Below, piece by piece: positions 49,746 to 59,017 of a DNA stretch of 64,000 bases. The position numbers and the translations under genes were made by a program. The DNA comes from an uncultured Verrucomicrobiae bacterium. GTDB lineage: Bacteria > Verrucomicrobiota > Verrucomicrobiia > Chthoniobacterales > JAFAMB01. The stretch lies in contig CAVXLD010000001.1 of the NCBI GenBank assembly GCA_963762565.1, positions 448,001 to 512,000 on the forward strand, written 5' to 3'. Numbering within the stretch: the stretch's first letter is position 1; the number at the start of each line of letters is the position of its first letter. The notes under the pieces are model-generated. The model saw nothing but the letters and a program-made list of their open reading frames with translations. It searched no databases and was not told the DNA's origin.

Positions 49746-49794
49746 ATTGATTTATCAATCAACATTGACGACATAACGAATCCGTTCTCATGCT
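49746..49794 (+). promoter_or_regulatory. Palindromic operator and putative promoter
   Basis: ATTGAT-TT-ATCAAT at 49746-49759; TTGACG 49765-49770; CATGCT 49789-49794. Confidence 0.55.
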
Positions 49795-49800
49795 AACCAC

Positions 49801-51126
49801 ATGACCGACTCTATGTCTCTCCCGGTTTTTGATGCCGGGCCCGATTATCTTGAGACCTATTTTCCCCAAGACGCTTTTCCAAAGTACGGCTGGTCGAGTT
49901 TACCATCCAACTTGCCGGCCCAAGCCTGGACCACCGAGACGACCCATCGAGATGGTCAACAAGGCGGGTTACCTTTCACCGCCAAACAGAGCGTCGAAGT
50001 CTACCAAATTCTGTGTGATTTCACCGGAAAATCCGGCGCCATCCGGCAAGCGGAATTCTTTGTTTATCGAGCGCAAGACCTGTCCGCCCTGCGGGCCATT
50101 CAAGAGAAGTATGCCGGCGGAGCTCCGATTGAGCCGACCACCTGGATCCGCGCTTCCACGACTGACGTCGCTCTCATTAAGCAGTTAGGCATCGCCGAGT
50201 CCGGCCTGCTAGCGTCGATATCTGACTATCACGTTTTTCATAAATTCCGACCGGCCGGCCGGCGTTCTGCCGCCTCGAACTATCTCGATGCTGTCAAAAT
50301 GACCTTGGATGCCGGTATCCGTCCTCGGTTACACCTCGAAGACGCTACCCGAGCGGCGCCTGCGTTTTTGGCCGGTTTCGTTGAAGCAGTAATGGAAACT
50401 GCTTCCAACTATCCACCAGCGCTTTGCCCCAAGTTCCGAGTCTGCGATACTCTCGGGCTCGGACTTCCCTACGACGACATACCGCTCCCACGCAGTGTAC
50501 CAAAGCTCATTCGGGAATTTTTCCGGATCGGTGTACAATCGCAAAACCTCGAATTTCACCCCCATAACGATACCGGCTTGGTACTGGCCAATTCCCTTGC
50601 CGCGATTCGCGCGGGATGCAGCGCCATCAACGGCGCCTGTCTGGGGAAAGGGGAACGAACCGGCAACGCGTCTCTGGAACTGATTTTGTTACATTTGATG
50701 GGGATGGGGTATTTCGGCGCCGAACAACCAGAATTTCGAGTACTCAACCGCTTAGTCGACCTATACGCAGACCTGGCACAACCGATCAGTGAAAAATATC
50801 CGTTATACGGCCGAGACGCCCATCGGACTCGAGCGGGAATCCACGCCGACGGCCTCAACAAGTTCTGGCTAATGTACGCTCCGTTCAATGTTCCCGCCCT
50901 CCTTGGCCGGCCCTTAGAGGTATCATTGACCAAAGATTCAGGGCTTGCCGGCCTGATCTTCGTAGTTAATCAACAACTCCATCGGCAGCTGGATAAGAAC
51001 GATCCCACGCTCTTGGAAGCGAACCGTTGGATTATGCGGGAGTTCGATGGCGGCCGCCAGACTGCCATCGAGTGGGAAGAGATATCACATTTTTTCAGCG
51101 GAATCGGAAATCATTGTGCCGCCTAG
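49801..51126 (+). CDS. DRE-TIM metallolyase, Re-citrate synthase/homocitrate synthase-like
   Basis: TTHRDGQQ, HLEDATRA, CDTLG, HPHND, GERTGN, AGIHADG. Confidence 0.82.
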   Translation: MTDSMSLPVFDAGPDYLETYFPQDAFPKYGWSSLPSNLPAQAWTTETTHRDGQQGGLPFTAKQSVEVYQILCDFTGKSGAIRQAEFFVYRAQDLSALRAIQEKYAGGAPIEPTTWIRASTTDVALIKQLGIAESGLLASISDYHVFHKFRPAGRRSAASNYLDAVKMTLDAGIRPRLHLEDATRAAPAFLAGFVEAVMETASNYPPALCPKFRVCDTLGLGLPYDDIPLPRSVPKLIREFFRIGVQSQNLEFHPHNDTGLVLANSLAAIRAGCSAINGACLGKGERTGNASLELILLHLMGMGYFGAEQPEFRVLNRLVDLYADLAQPISEKYPLYGRDAHRTRAGIHADGLNKFWLMYAPFNVPALLGRPLEVSLTKDSGLAGLIFVVNQQLHRQLDKNDPTLLEANRWIMREFDGGRQTAIEWEEISHFFSGIGNHCAA

Positions 51127-52218
51127 ATTCGCCGGAGGATCGCCCAAGTGAATTTTGCCGGTCTTGGATAACAGAACGGAGACCCAACGGGTTGCTCTAA
51201 AGTTAGCGAGTATAATTACGAGAATCACGGTAAGTGGGACACAGAGGAACGCGCCTACTATCCCCCAAACTGTGCCCCACAAAATCAAGGCGATAATGAC
51301 CGTCAACGGACTGAGGTTGAGGGTTTCACCCATGATATTTGGCTCCACAATATTTCCCATAAACATGGCGATGGCTGTGATACCGATGCCTACCGCCAAG
51401 CAGGGCCCAATATGATCGAACTGAACCGCAGCCAATAATGTTGGAAAAAGGGTTGCAACGATCACACCGATCGTCGGGATGAAGTGAAGAATAAAGATTA
51501 GCAGCGCCCAAAACTCGGCAAAATCCAGACCCACGATTCGCATCAGAATATACGCCAAAATCGCGCTGGTTAGACTGACCGCCGTCTTAACCCCCAGATA
51601 AGTATGAATATCCCGGTCGATGCGCTGCATCATCTGCAACACATGTTGCCGGCGTGACCGATTCGGAAACAGCGCAGTCAGCTTGGCGGGTAGAAACCTT
51701 AGTTCGATCAAGATAAATAACGAATAGAGGAACACCAAGACGGTGCTCTCGAGCACATCAGCGACGGATCGGGCCAAGTCGGTAAAAAATCCTTTCAGAT
51801 CCAGTGACCGGAACACCCCCAGGAGCTCTGGTGGTTCTTCCAAGCCGAACTGGCTGAAAACCTCGGTCTGCAGTTGTTGCAATCGAGCCTGATATTTAGG
51901 AGCAGCTGCAGCCACATGAAAAGCATTGTTCGCAACGATCGACGTCAAGGCGCAACCCACGCCGAAAATCAAAACGAACGAAACAATCACCGTTAACAGC
52001 TTAGGGATTTTATGCCCGGCAATCTGAACCCGTCCCACCAGCCGGCTGAGAATATCAACGAGGTAGACGACGAGAAACGAGATAACCAGCGGAACGAAGA
52101 AATGCCGGCCCAGGCTTAATATATAATAAAAGGCGATAGCGATGGCCAAGCCGCAGGCCGTCGTAATCAGGCGGCGAAAACCGCTGGATGATCGAATTGG
52201 AGCAGAGGGTTCACTCAT
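51085..52218 (-). CDS. AI-2E family transporter
   Basis: Multi-TM; FIP.IG, GN..EP..MG..LNLSP, WG..GAFL.VP. Confidence 0.9.
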   Translation of the reverse strand: MSEPSAPIRSSSGFRRLITTACGLAIAIAFYYILSLGRHFFVPLVISFLVVYLVDILSRLVGRVQIAGHKIPKLLTVIVSFVLIFGVGCALTSIVANNAFHVAAAAPKYQARLQQLQTEVFSQFGLEEPPELLGVFRSLDLKGFFTDLARSVADVLESTVLVFLYSLFILIELRFLPAKLTALFPNRSRRQHVLQMMQRIDRDIHTYLGVKTAVSLTSAILAYILMRIVGLDFAEFWALLIFILHFIPTIGVIVATLFPTLLAAVQFDHIGPCLAVGIGITAIAMFMGNIVEPNIMGETLNLSPLTVIIALILWGTVWGIVGAFLCVPLTVILVIILANFRATRWVSVLLSKTGKIHLGDPPANLGGTMISDSAEKM

Positions 52219-52349
52219 TTGAGTCCGGAGAATCATAGCCGGTATCGACTGGTCGGTTCAACCCCAGGTTGCATGCCGAGAATCCCGAATCCGCGCCGAT
52301 ACCAGAGAGACTCGCGGCTTGCCGCGATTAAGTGCTGTTGGGCCCAAGG

Positions 52350-52630
52350 TTGGTAGGGCGAGGCTCCGTTCGCTGGTGTTCACAAGGATGGGCCCCGCAT
52401 GCTATCAGGGATCTCCATTGGGCCAGAGAGACCGCCGAGTCGCGGTCTATCGTGTCCTTGCTCTGTGATGTCACGGGCCTGGATAAGCAACCAACAAAAT
52501 CTACGCCGTCAATAGGTGGCACACCATAGACCGCGGCTCGGCAGCTTTCTGGCCTGAGCACGTGACTTAGCCATTCACACCGATCGCCTCGCGAGCGTCT
52601 CGAGATCATTCCGGAGCCTCGCCCCACCAA
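52350..52630. repeat. GT(A/G)GGGCGAGGCTCC REP doublet
   Basis: TTGGTAGGGCGAGGCTCCG / CGGAGCCTCGCCCCACCAA. Confidence 0.88.
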
Positions 52631-52633
52631 AAA

Positions 52634-53542
52634 CTACTCCAACACCAAACATCCTCCGGTGGGATCAAAGCGGAAAACCCCGTGCTCAGGCGTTCGCCCT
52701 GTCAATGCCCAGGGCAAGCTGGCAGAGTTGAACTGTCGATCGACTTCCTGGCGCAACATACGCGCCCCAAACGCTCTGCTGTAACCTACTCGGAGTAGAA
52801 ACGCGGTCGCTGGCCCGCCATCGATCCCGAGCGCCCTCCCGAAGAAAATCGATAGTACCCCCAACTTTTGTCTGATCAGCTTGTACAGGATCGCTTTCTG
52901 TGTCTCCAGATCGAGCGGACGGAAAACAATTCGTTCCGAAATTCTCGCGAACAACTCCGGCCGCAACGATTGAGCAGCCACATCCAGCGCGACTCGCTCC
53001 ATGGTTGAGTAGGGAGCATTCTCCATTTTGGCAAGGTCACCGCTACCAAGATTGCTAGTTAGAACAACGTAGAACCGGTTCACCTTCAGCCTTTCCCCGG
53101 AAGGAGTCGTTAACGCGCCCTCTTCAAGAAGAGAAAGCAGCACATCGATGGTTCGAGGATGCCCTTTTTCTATTTCGTCAAAGAGGAGCGTGGTCCCCTT
53201 CGGATGCCGCCGAATTGCCATCTCACTTCGGTTAAAAAATTCAGTCAGACGCTGGTCAGACGAATATTCGTTCATAAAAATCATCTCGAGCGTCTCTTTG
53301 GACCCGAAGATCGCCTCGGTAAAACATTTGGCCGATTCCGTTTTTCCGACTCCGGTCGGCCCCAGCAAGAGAAAGCTGCCTTTTGGTCTAACGCCAGTAT
53401 CATTCAGACCCAACTCAGCCGCTTGCACCGCTCGACAAATGCGGGCAACCGCCAACCGCTGACCAACGATTCGCTCCTCGAGGATCCTCGGTAAATCCGC
53501 TAAACCAACCGCAGATAAATTGGACGTTAGTTGTCGCTCCAT
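52634..53542 (-). CDS. Single-domain ClpB/ClpA NBD2-like AAA+ ATPase
   Basis: RIVGQ..A, GPTGVGKTE, FDEIEK.HP, TSNLG, RPEL..RI, FGAR. Confidence 0.88.
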   Translation of the reverse strand: MERQLTSNLSAVGLADLPRILEERIVGQRLAVARICRAVQAAELGLNDTGVRPKGSFLLLGPTGVGKTESAKCFTEAIFGSKETLEMIFMNEYSSDQRLTEFFNRSEMAIRRHPKGTTLLFDEIEKGHPRTIDVLLSLLEEGALTTPSGERLKVNRFYVVLTSNLGSGDLAKMENAPYSTMERVALDVAAQSLRPELFARISERIVFRPLDLETQKAILYKLIRQKLGVLSIFFGRALGIDGGPATAFLLRVGYSRAFGARMLRQEVDRQFNSASLPWALTGRTPEHGVFRFDPTGGCLVLE

Positions 53543-53829
53543 TTCTCGGACTGATACGCTCCTGGACCTAAAAAAGTTTTCCGAGGCATTCAATATCCGC
53601 AGATTTCGCAGATTACTCAGATTTCGGTTTGGGGTCTGATATGCCAGGGAGTTATTGAACTGTGTCTTCGGGAACATCTTCCTTAGCGAGCTTCGCTCTC
53701 CGGTGGAAACCGTCTGCAAGCGCCACGTTTTTGCTACGTCCCTGACAGCGCCCAACCCCAAAACGAAATCTGCGTAATCTGCGAATATTCCTTTTCTTAA
53801 AATCAGCGATCCGCGGTTCAACTCTCCTC

Positions 53830-54486
53830 TCAGTTCCCCGGACGGACTACCACTCCGCCGGCGTCGGTTCGGGCTACGTTGTTATCTGCGGTTGGGCTCG
53901 GGCTAGCCGCGGGTTGAGTTTCCAATTTTTTCATTCGCTCGTTCAAAAGCCCAACTGCCGCAGTCAGTTTGCGCTGCCCATCCAACGTCTGCTCAGCTAA
54001 AGATTGGACATTGCTAGCCACCTTCTGCTGTCCGTCCCGCATCGACTGAAGGTCCTTGTTCGCATCTTGTAATCCCCGTTTGGCTTCTGCCAGATCCCGA
54101 GCTGTTTCACCGGGTTGAGGTTCAGGCGCATATTCCGGTCGATGAAGACCCAGAATCGGACCTAACAAAATTTCGCCGGACTGATTCTTGGATCGTGTAA
54201 CCCAGGCCGGTTTCTGTTCGATCCGGTAGATCGCGTGCCTTTCGTGCATGATCCGCGGATCAGCGGGATCGACATACCGATTCACTCCGTAGACCTTCAC
54301 CTGCTCCGATTGCCGCACATTGGTAACGGCCCCGATTAGTCCTTTTGGGGTGGCAGCTCTGGGAACAGAGTCCGATTGAACCAATCGACGACCTGCCGGT
54401 AACACGACGACCTGGGGTTCAGGTTCTGCACAGCCTGCCAGGAGCGAGGCGGTGAGCAGAAAAGGAAGTATTGACACTTTATACAT
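53830..54486 (-). CDS. T4SS-associated lipoprotein with coiled coil
   Basis: Lipobox LAGC; in operon. Confidence 0.75.
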   Translation of the reverse strand: MYKVSILPFLLTASLLAGCAEPEPQVVVLPAGRRLVQSDSVPRAATPKGLIGAVTNVRQSEQVKVYGVNRYVDPADPRIMHERHAIYRIEQKPAWVTRSKNQSGEILLGPILGLHRPEYAPEPQPGETARDLAEAKRGLQDANKDLQSMRDGQQKVASNVQSLAEQTLDGQRKLTAAVGLLNERMKKLETQPAASPSPTADNNVARTDAGGVVVRPGN

Positions 54487-54492
54487 ACAGTC

Positions 54493-55641
54493 TCATTTTA
54501 TGTTTTGATTTGTCGAACCAAATACGGGCAGCAGCGGGTTCAGCAGACTAGCCGCGTCCGCAGGTGACGCTTTGCGAACTTGTTCCTGAGCTTTCTGAGC
54601 TAGATCGGCCTGTCGGCGCGCCTCTCGTTCGTCGTCTCCTCCCACTCTCGCCCGATCGAGATCAATCGCTTCCATGCAGTAAACATAGAACTGCTTCCCT
54701 GCCGGGACCCGAACGAAGAAGCCGTCTCGTTCAATGGTTTGAGCGATCTGATCGGCGTATCGATCCAGCACACTCTGGGTAGCGCCTACCGCAGGATTGA
54801 CCACTCCGCCCTGAAGCGCGCTGAGACCGAGAGAGCTGCTGTTGGTATAGACGCGATTCCCAAGGACACCTGAACTTCCCGTGGAAAAAGCTCCGGCAAT
54901 CCCGCTAATCAACGACGCTGCGTACAACTTGATCACGTCGTTGTTAGCAGTTCTGATCACATCTCCCCTTAAACCCGCGCTGCCATCCGTGATACCATAG
55001 GTATCAAATTCATCGTCCTTCTCCATATCAAGAGCGATACCGCGCACCACCAGTTCTCGGCCTCTGCCGTCCGGTTCGTTCAAAACAAACGTGAACTCGC
55101 CTTGGCTGGCAATGCGTTCCCTCACGGTATCGACAGTGGCTACGCTATGCACTTCGGAGTTGGATCGGATGATCGTCTTGCCGTTCCAACACAGATCCTC
55201 AGTCACTAACCCAATGATGGGAGTCGTCAGATTACTTGAATCAACAGTGTTAACGAGTTGGCATTTAACCAGGCGAAATGCTGGCGCATAGTCGCCACCC
55301 AGACCGGCACGAGGTTTGTCTGGCTGCTCTTCTGCAGCAAATATGGTCAATGATCGGACCCCTGTAGCCTTGGACGGCTCCTGCTCGATCGAACGCGGGA
55401 GCGAAACTTGAACCGGGGCGGGGACTTCTCTTCGGGTCCGGATTTGGCTTGGTGCTACCGGATTGAAATTTCGCAGCGTGCTGGTCATCGGTTCAGTGAC
55501 CTTCACCAAGTCCTTCGTGACTTGAGCCTGGCGATTGGCAATTCCGGCAGGGCCGTTACCGTGCCACAGGGTATACATAAAGGTCCCCGCAATCGAAGCG
55601 AACGCGACTAACGTCACGGAAATTGTTTTTCTATTCAGCAT
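54493..55641 (-). CDS. VirB10/TrbI-like protein
   Basis: N-terminal TM, Pro-rich linker, DGSAGLRG, VRVPAG..FYVY. Confidence 0.8.
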   Translation of the reverse strand: MLNRKTISVTLVAFASIAGTFMYTLWHGNGPAGIANRQAQVTKDLVKVTEPMTSTLRNFNPVAPSQIRTRREVPAPVQVSLPRSIEQEPSKATGVRSLTIFAAEEQPDKPRAGLGGDYAPAFRLVKCQLVNTVDSSNLTTPIIGLVTEDLCWNGKTIIRSNSEVHSVATVDTVRERIASQGEFTFVLNEPDGRGRELVVRGIALDMEKDDEFDTYGITDGSAGLRGDVIRTANNDVIKLYAASLISGIAGAFSTGSSGVLGNRVYTNSSSLGLSALQGGVVNPAVGATQSVLDRYADQIAQTIERDGFFVRVPAGKQFYVYCMEAIDLDRARVGGDDEREARRQADLAQKAQEQVRKASPADAASLLNPLLPVFGSTNQNIK

Positions 55642-56710
55642 GCTGAGCAACCTGGTTGGCCGCCGGTGACGGGGTGGGATCAGGCGAATTTTTCGATTCC
55701 TTACGAACCCGATGGAGAGTTCTCTTACCCGAGGAAGACTTAGGATGGCTAGCTCGATTGCCTTCGTCACCGGCCGAATCCGATGTACCGGACTCTGCCG
55801 TCGGTAAAGTGCTGGGCGGTTCCTGCCATTCGGCCGACCGCTTCTTCGGATCGCCTTCCTGGATTTGCCGGAGAACCACTTCAAACTTATTGGTTACGGC
55901 AAGATCGTTTCTGCCGCCGGTTGCACTTCCCGTTACGATAAAAAAAGCGGTCTGCGCTTTCCCGGCTGGAACCAAGCCACCCGCGTCCGATACGGATTGT
56001 TGATAAACATCATTGCCAACCCGAACTCCGAATCCTTCGGGATCATAAAAGAAATCCTTGTCCGTCTTGTTAGCGAGTTGAATCTCGAAACCCAGCGAGT
56101 CCAAGGCATCATCTCTGATAACTCGCCTTACATTGACGTCGATTCCGTCAGCTCCGGAATTAGTGTTGGGCTCAGCCACGTCCATATTCTGGTAAACTTC
56201 GGGCGCACTAACTTTGAGCGTGGGAAACGCCTTCACTTTGTCCAGGAAACCTAACAAACGGGCCGGAGAGACCTGCTTCACCGTTTGCTGCGGGGTCCGC
56301 CCGCCCGCATCTCCGGAATGCCCGCCTTCGCTTTCCCGAAAAATGACCACGAAACAAGGATCAGCCGCCTCTTTACAATATAGGGCGTAGACTTTCCCTC
56401 CCAGCACAACGGTTAGGTTGCCTTCCACTCCAGTGCGGACCGCTTTCAACGATAAAAAATTAGTCCCTTTGTTAAACGAAATCTGAAACAGATCTGGACC
56501 ATCCGGAGCCGGATTAGTGTTGAATCCAAATCCGTCCAAAGCTTCGATTTTCTCAGGGAATTCGACGGTCGTGATTCCGTGAGTGCCAAGCCTGATCTCA
56601 GCGGGTTGGTCTTGGCTCAGAGATAAACGAACCACTTTTGAGGACAGACTATCGTCTGCAAAAGCCAGCAGCGGTATAACCCCGCCGATTATCGCTAGAA
56701 TCAATCGCAT
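55631..56710 (-). CDS. VirB9/TraK-like secreted core component
   Basis: Signal peptide, TTVEFP.I motif; position between VirB8-like and VirB10-like. Confidence 0.6.
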   Translation of the reverse strand: MRLILAIIGGVIPLLAFADDSLSSKVVRLSLSQDQPAEIRLGTHGITTVEFPEKIEALDGFGFNTNPAPDGPDLFQISFNKGTNFLSLKAVRTGVEGNLTVVLGGKVYALYCKEAADPCFVVIFRESEGGHSGDAGGRTPQQTVKQVSPARLLGFLDKVKAFPTLKVSAPEVYQNMDVAEPNTNSGADGIDVNVRRVIRDDALDSLGFEIQLANKTDKDFFYDPEGFGVRVGNDVYQQSVSDAGGLVPAGKAQTAFFIVTGSATGGRNDLAVTNKFEVVLRQIQEGDPKKRSAEWQEPPSTLPTAESGTSDSAGDEGNRASHPKSSSGKRTLHRVRKESKNSPDPTPSPAANQVAQHAE

Positions 56711-56711
56711 A

Positions 56712-57509
56712 CTATTTATTTTCTGTGGTTTGCACGCTTAGTGTCTCTGGCTGTCCGAAAGCATAATCGACGACAGCAAAGGGATACCGTTGATTTCTCC
56801 CTAGAAAAGGATTGCGCACGAGCTTCAGGTTGAGAGCAATCGGTTGTGGCTGATCCACCTGTTGGTCACCGATCTGTGCCTGGGTCAGGATTTGCCCAAT
56901 CACTCGACTCATTACAATACCACCCCCGATTCGTTGCAGGTCTATCCTAGCAATCTCCAATTTTTGATGAATACTTTTTTTCTTAAATTCGTCTGCGAGG
57001 CCTTTAAATTCGTTCTTTGCCTTCTCGGCAGCTTCGGGCAGGAAGACTCGGTTAAGGGTGTCGGGTGCATCGAATCCCTGCGGATCGCGATCGAGGAAGG
57101 ATTTAGCGGCCCAGTACGAGACGGTGTTCAAAATCTCGTCGCTCTGTTCCACCGGCACCAAAGGAGCGATGATAAGCGACTCGGTGCCGTCCATGAGAGC
57201 GACTTTTTCCGGTTTAGTCATCGCAGTGACCAGGTAGATCGGCACAATCACATGAGCGATCAGCGACAAGATCAGGGCTATCCAGAGCAAGCGAGTGGTT
57301 CGGTTAGCAGCCGCCAACCGATTCGCCGCATGGTTACGTTGCATTGCAGCGTCAGCTCTGGCATCGCGGCTAACCTCCGTCGCCTCTAACGACTCCTCAT
57401 CCAGGCCCATCGATCGAGTCCGATTCATGTCAGACGCCGGCGTCTCTTCCCGCGCCGGGTCGATTCGGTTCTCGACCGATGTCTGGGCGTTTTCAGGTCT
57501 CGCTTTCAT
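56712..57509 (-). CDS. VirB8-like bitopic protein
   Basis: Single TM and periplasmic domain ending RNP..G.N.RYPFAV; position. Confidence 0.6.
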   Translation of the reverse strand: MKARPENAQTSVENRIDPAREETPASDMNRTRSMGLDEESLEATEVSRDARADAAMQRNHAANRLAAANRTTRLLWIALILSLIAHVIVPIYLVTAMTKPEKVALMDGTESLIIAPLVPVEQSDEILNTVSYWAAKSFLDRDPQGFDAPDTLNRVFLPEAAEKAKNEFKGLADEFKKKSIHQKLEIARIDLQRIGGGIVMSRVIGQILTQAQIGDQQVDQPQPIALNLKLVRNPFLGRNQRYPFAVVDYAFGQPETLSVQTTENK

Positions 57510-57537
57510 ACGAAACTCGTAGAGATCACATCAGACC

Positions 57538-59004
57538 TCAGGGAGTTGACTGGTTCTGTTTCAAATAGTTTGCAGCCCGCTGAGAGGATCGATTTGGTGG
57601 GTTTCGCTTCACCTGCGGCAAAGACAAATATCTCTCCGGTCCAATTCGGTTACCGCTCGCGTCCGCCACAAGAGCGCCTAGCGTACTTGCCATGTTGCCC
57701 GCCGTCCTCGAGACAAACTCGCCGGCTCCCATGACCTTTGCGATGCCGGTGTCTAAGGTCCGCGCTTTGTCTCCGGTCACTGCGTCCGAACGTCCGCTCT
57801 CTTCGATCCCGCGGTACCCAGGTAAGAAGTAGTCGAGCCATTCGTCACCGCTTGCTCCCTGCTGCCCGCCGGACCCATTTCCCTGGTTACCAGTGTTATT
57901 AATCGATTGAGACCCAGAGTTCCCCTTGCCGCCGGTGCTCTTTATAGCGCCGACGGGTTGGTTTGCTCCCCTGGCGAGACCAAACCCCAGTCCGAAGACT
58001 GAACCACTCACCCCACCGACCGCCGAGATCATGGCGCCGACGAAGCCCTGTATCTCCGCCCCGCCGCGGACCACTATCTTCTGAGTGTAGAACGGTGCTA
58101 GGACATGGCCAATCATGACCCAAAGAAGAACCGGAACGCACCAAAGAATGGCGATGAGCAATTGGCCCAGGTTTTCCTGGTTCGGCGCAATCAAATTCTG
58201 GCAAAGCGCAATAGTAACGACGTTAACAAAAACCCAGCCAATCGGCCAACATTGCACACCAAGATAGGTCTTGAAAAACGCTTCTGCTTGGCCCCGTAGA
58301 CTTGGAATGGAGAATTCAGCAAAACCAATCGGCACATACAGACCGAGAAAAACGAGAATGCAGCTCTGCAGTACTTCCATCAAAACTACGATCAACTCAC
58401 AAAGCAAGAGAGCGAGTAAGAAGATTGTATATAAGACTGCGCACAATGCGTGCGTGACAGTCGATAGAGCATTTTGCCAAACCGCTTGGCCGGATTGCTG
58501 AAGCTGACTCACCGGGTTGAACCAATTTAGTAACTGCTGCAATCCACCGGATGATTGAGCCTGCGAATTCGCCGGCTGTGTGCTCTGACCTTGCACTGGT
58601 GCTGTTATGGAGGCGACAGCCTTTGACTCGAGTAGCTGTGTCAGGGCGCCAATATCCATCCTGGCACTGGTCGTCATCGTTTTATTATTCGTAAGGGCTC
58701 CGAAATTGGCCGTGATCTGCAGGCTGCAAACAGCGTTTACCGCGTTACTGACTATCCCGGTAACCAGTGTCCAATTCCCAATCAATAAGACCAAGATTAC
58801 GACTCGTACCAGGTTTCCGAAAAAATGCCGGAGATCATTTTGCATAAACCCGCGCATTGTTCCGAAAACCAAGAGCACAAACGCCACACAAAGAAAGATG
58901 GGCTCAATCTGGTTGGCTACATTTTGCATCCCGGTCACGATCGCTGTCAGTCCCGTCGCGAAGGAGGCCACGGAAGATAACATTGACGAAAACGGCGTGG
59001 GCAT
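57538..59004 (-). CDS. VirB6/TrbL-like polytopic membrane protein
   Basis: Multiple TMs and Gly/Ser-rich tail; follows VirB5-like gene. Confidence 0.7.
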   Translation of the reverse strand: MPTPFSSMLSSVASFATGLTAIVTGMQNVANQIEPIFLCVAFVLLVFGTMRGFMQNDLRHFFGNLVRVVILVLLIGNWTLVTGIVSNAVNAVCSLQITANFGALTNNKTMTTSARMDIGALTQLLESKAVASITAPVQGQSTQPANSQAQSSGGLQQLLNWFNPVSQLQQSGQAVWQNALSTVTHALCAVLYTIFLLALLLCELIVVLMEVLQSCILVFLGLYVPIGFAEFSIPSLRGQAEAFFKTYLGVQCWPIGWVFVNVVTIALCQNLIAPNQENLGQLLIAILWCVPVLLWVMIGHVLAPFYTQKIVVRGGAEIQGFVGAMISAVGGVSGSVFGLGFGLARGANQPVGAIKSTGGKGNSGSQSINNTGNQGNGSGGQQGASGDEWLDYFLPGYRGIEESGRSDAVTGDKARTLDTGIAKVMGAGEFVSRTAGNMASTLGALVADASGNRIGPERYLSLPQVKRNPPNRSSQRAANYLKQNQSTP

Positions 59005-59017
59005 AGCGCGAAGCCTC

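Noticed and set aside
53543..53821. N-terminal extension of the Clp-like ORF
   Set aside because: Runs through a CGCAGAT repeat cassette and an in-frame ATG exists at 53542
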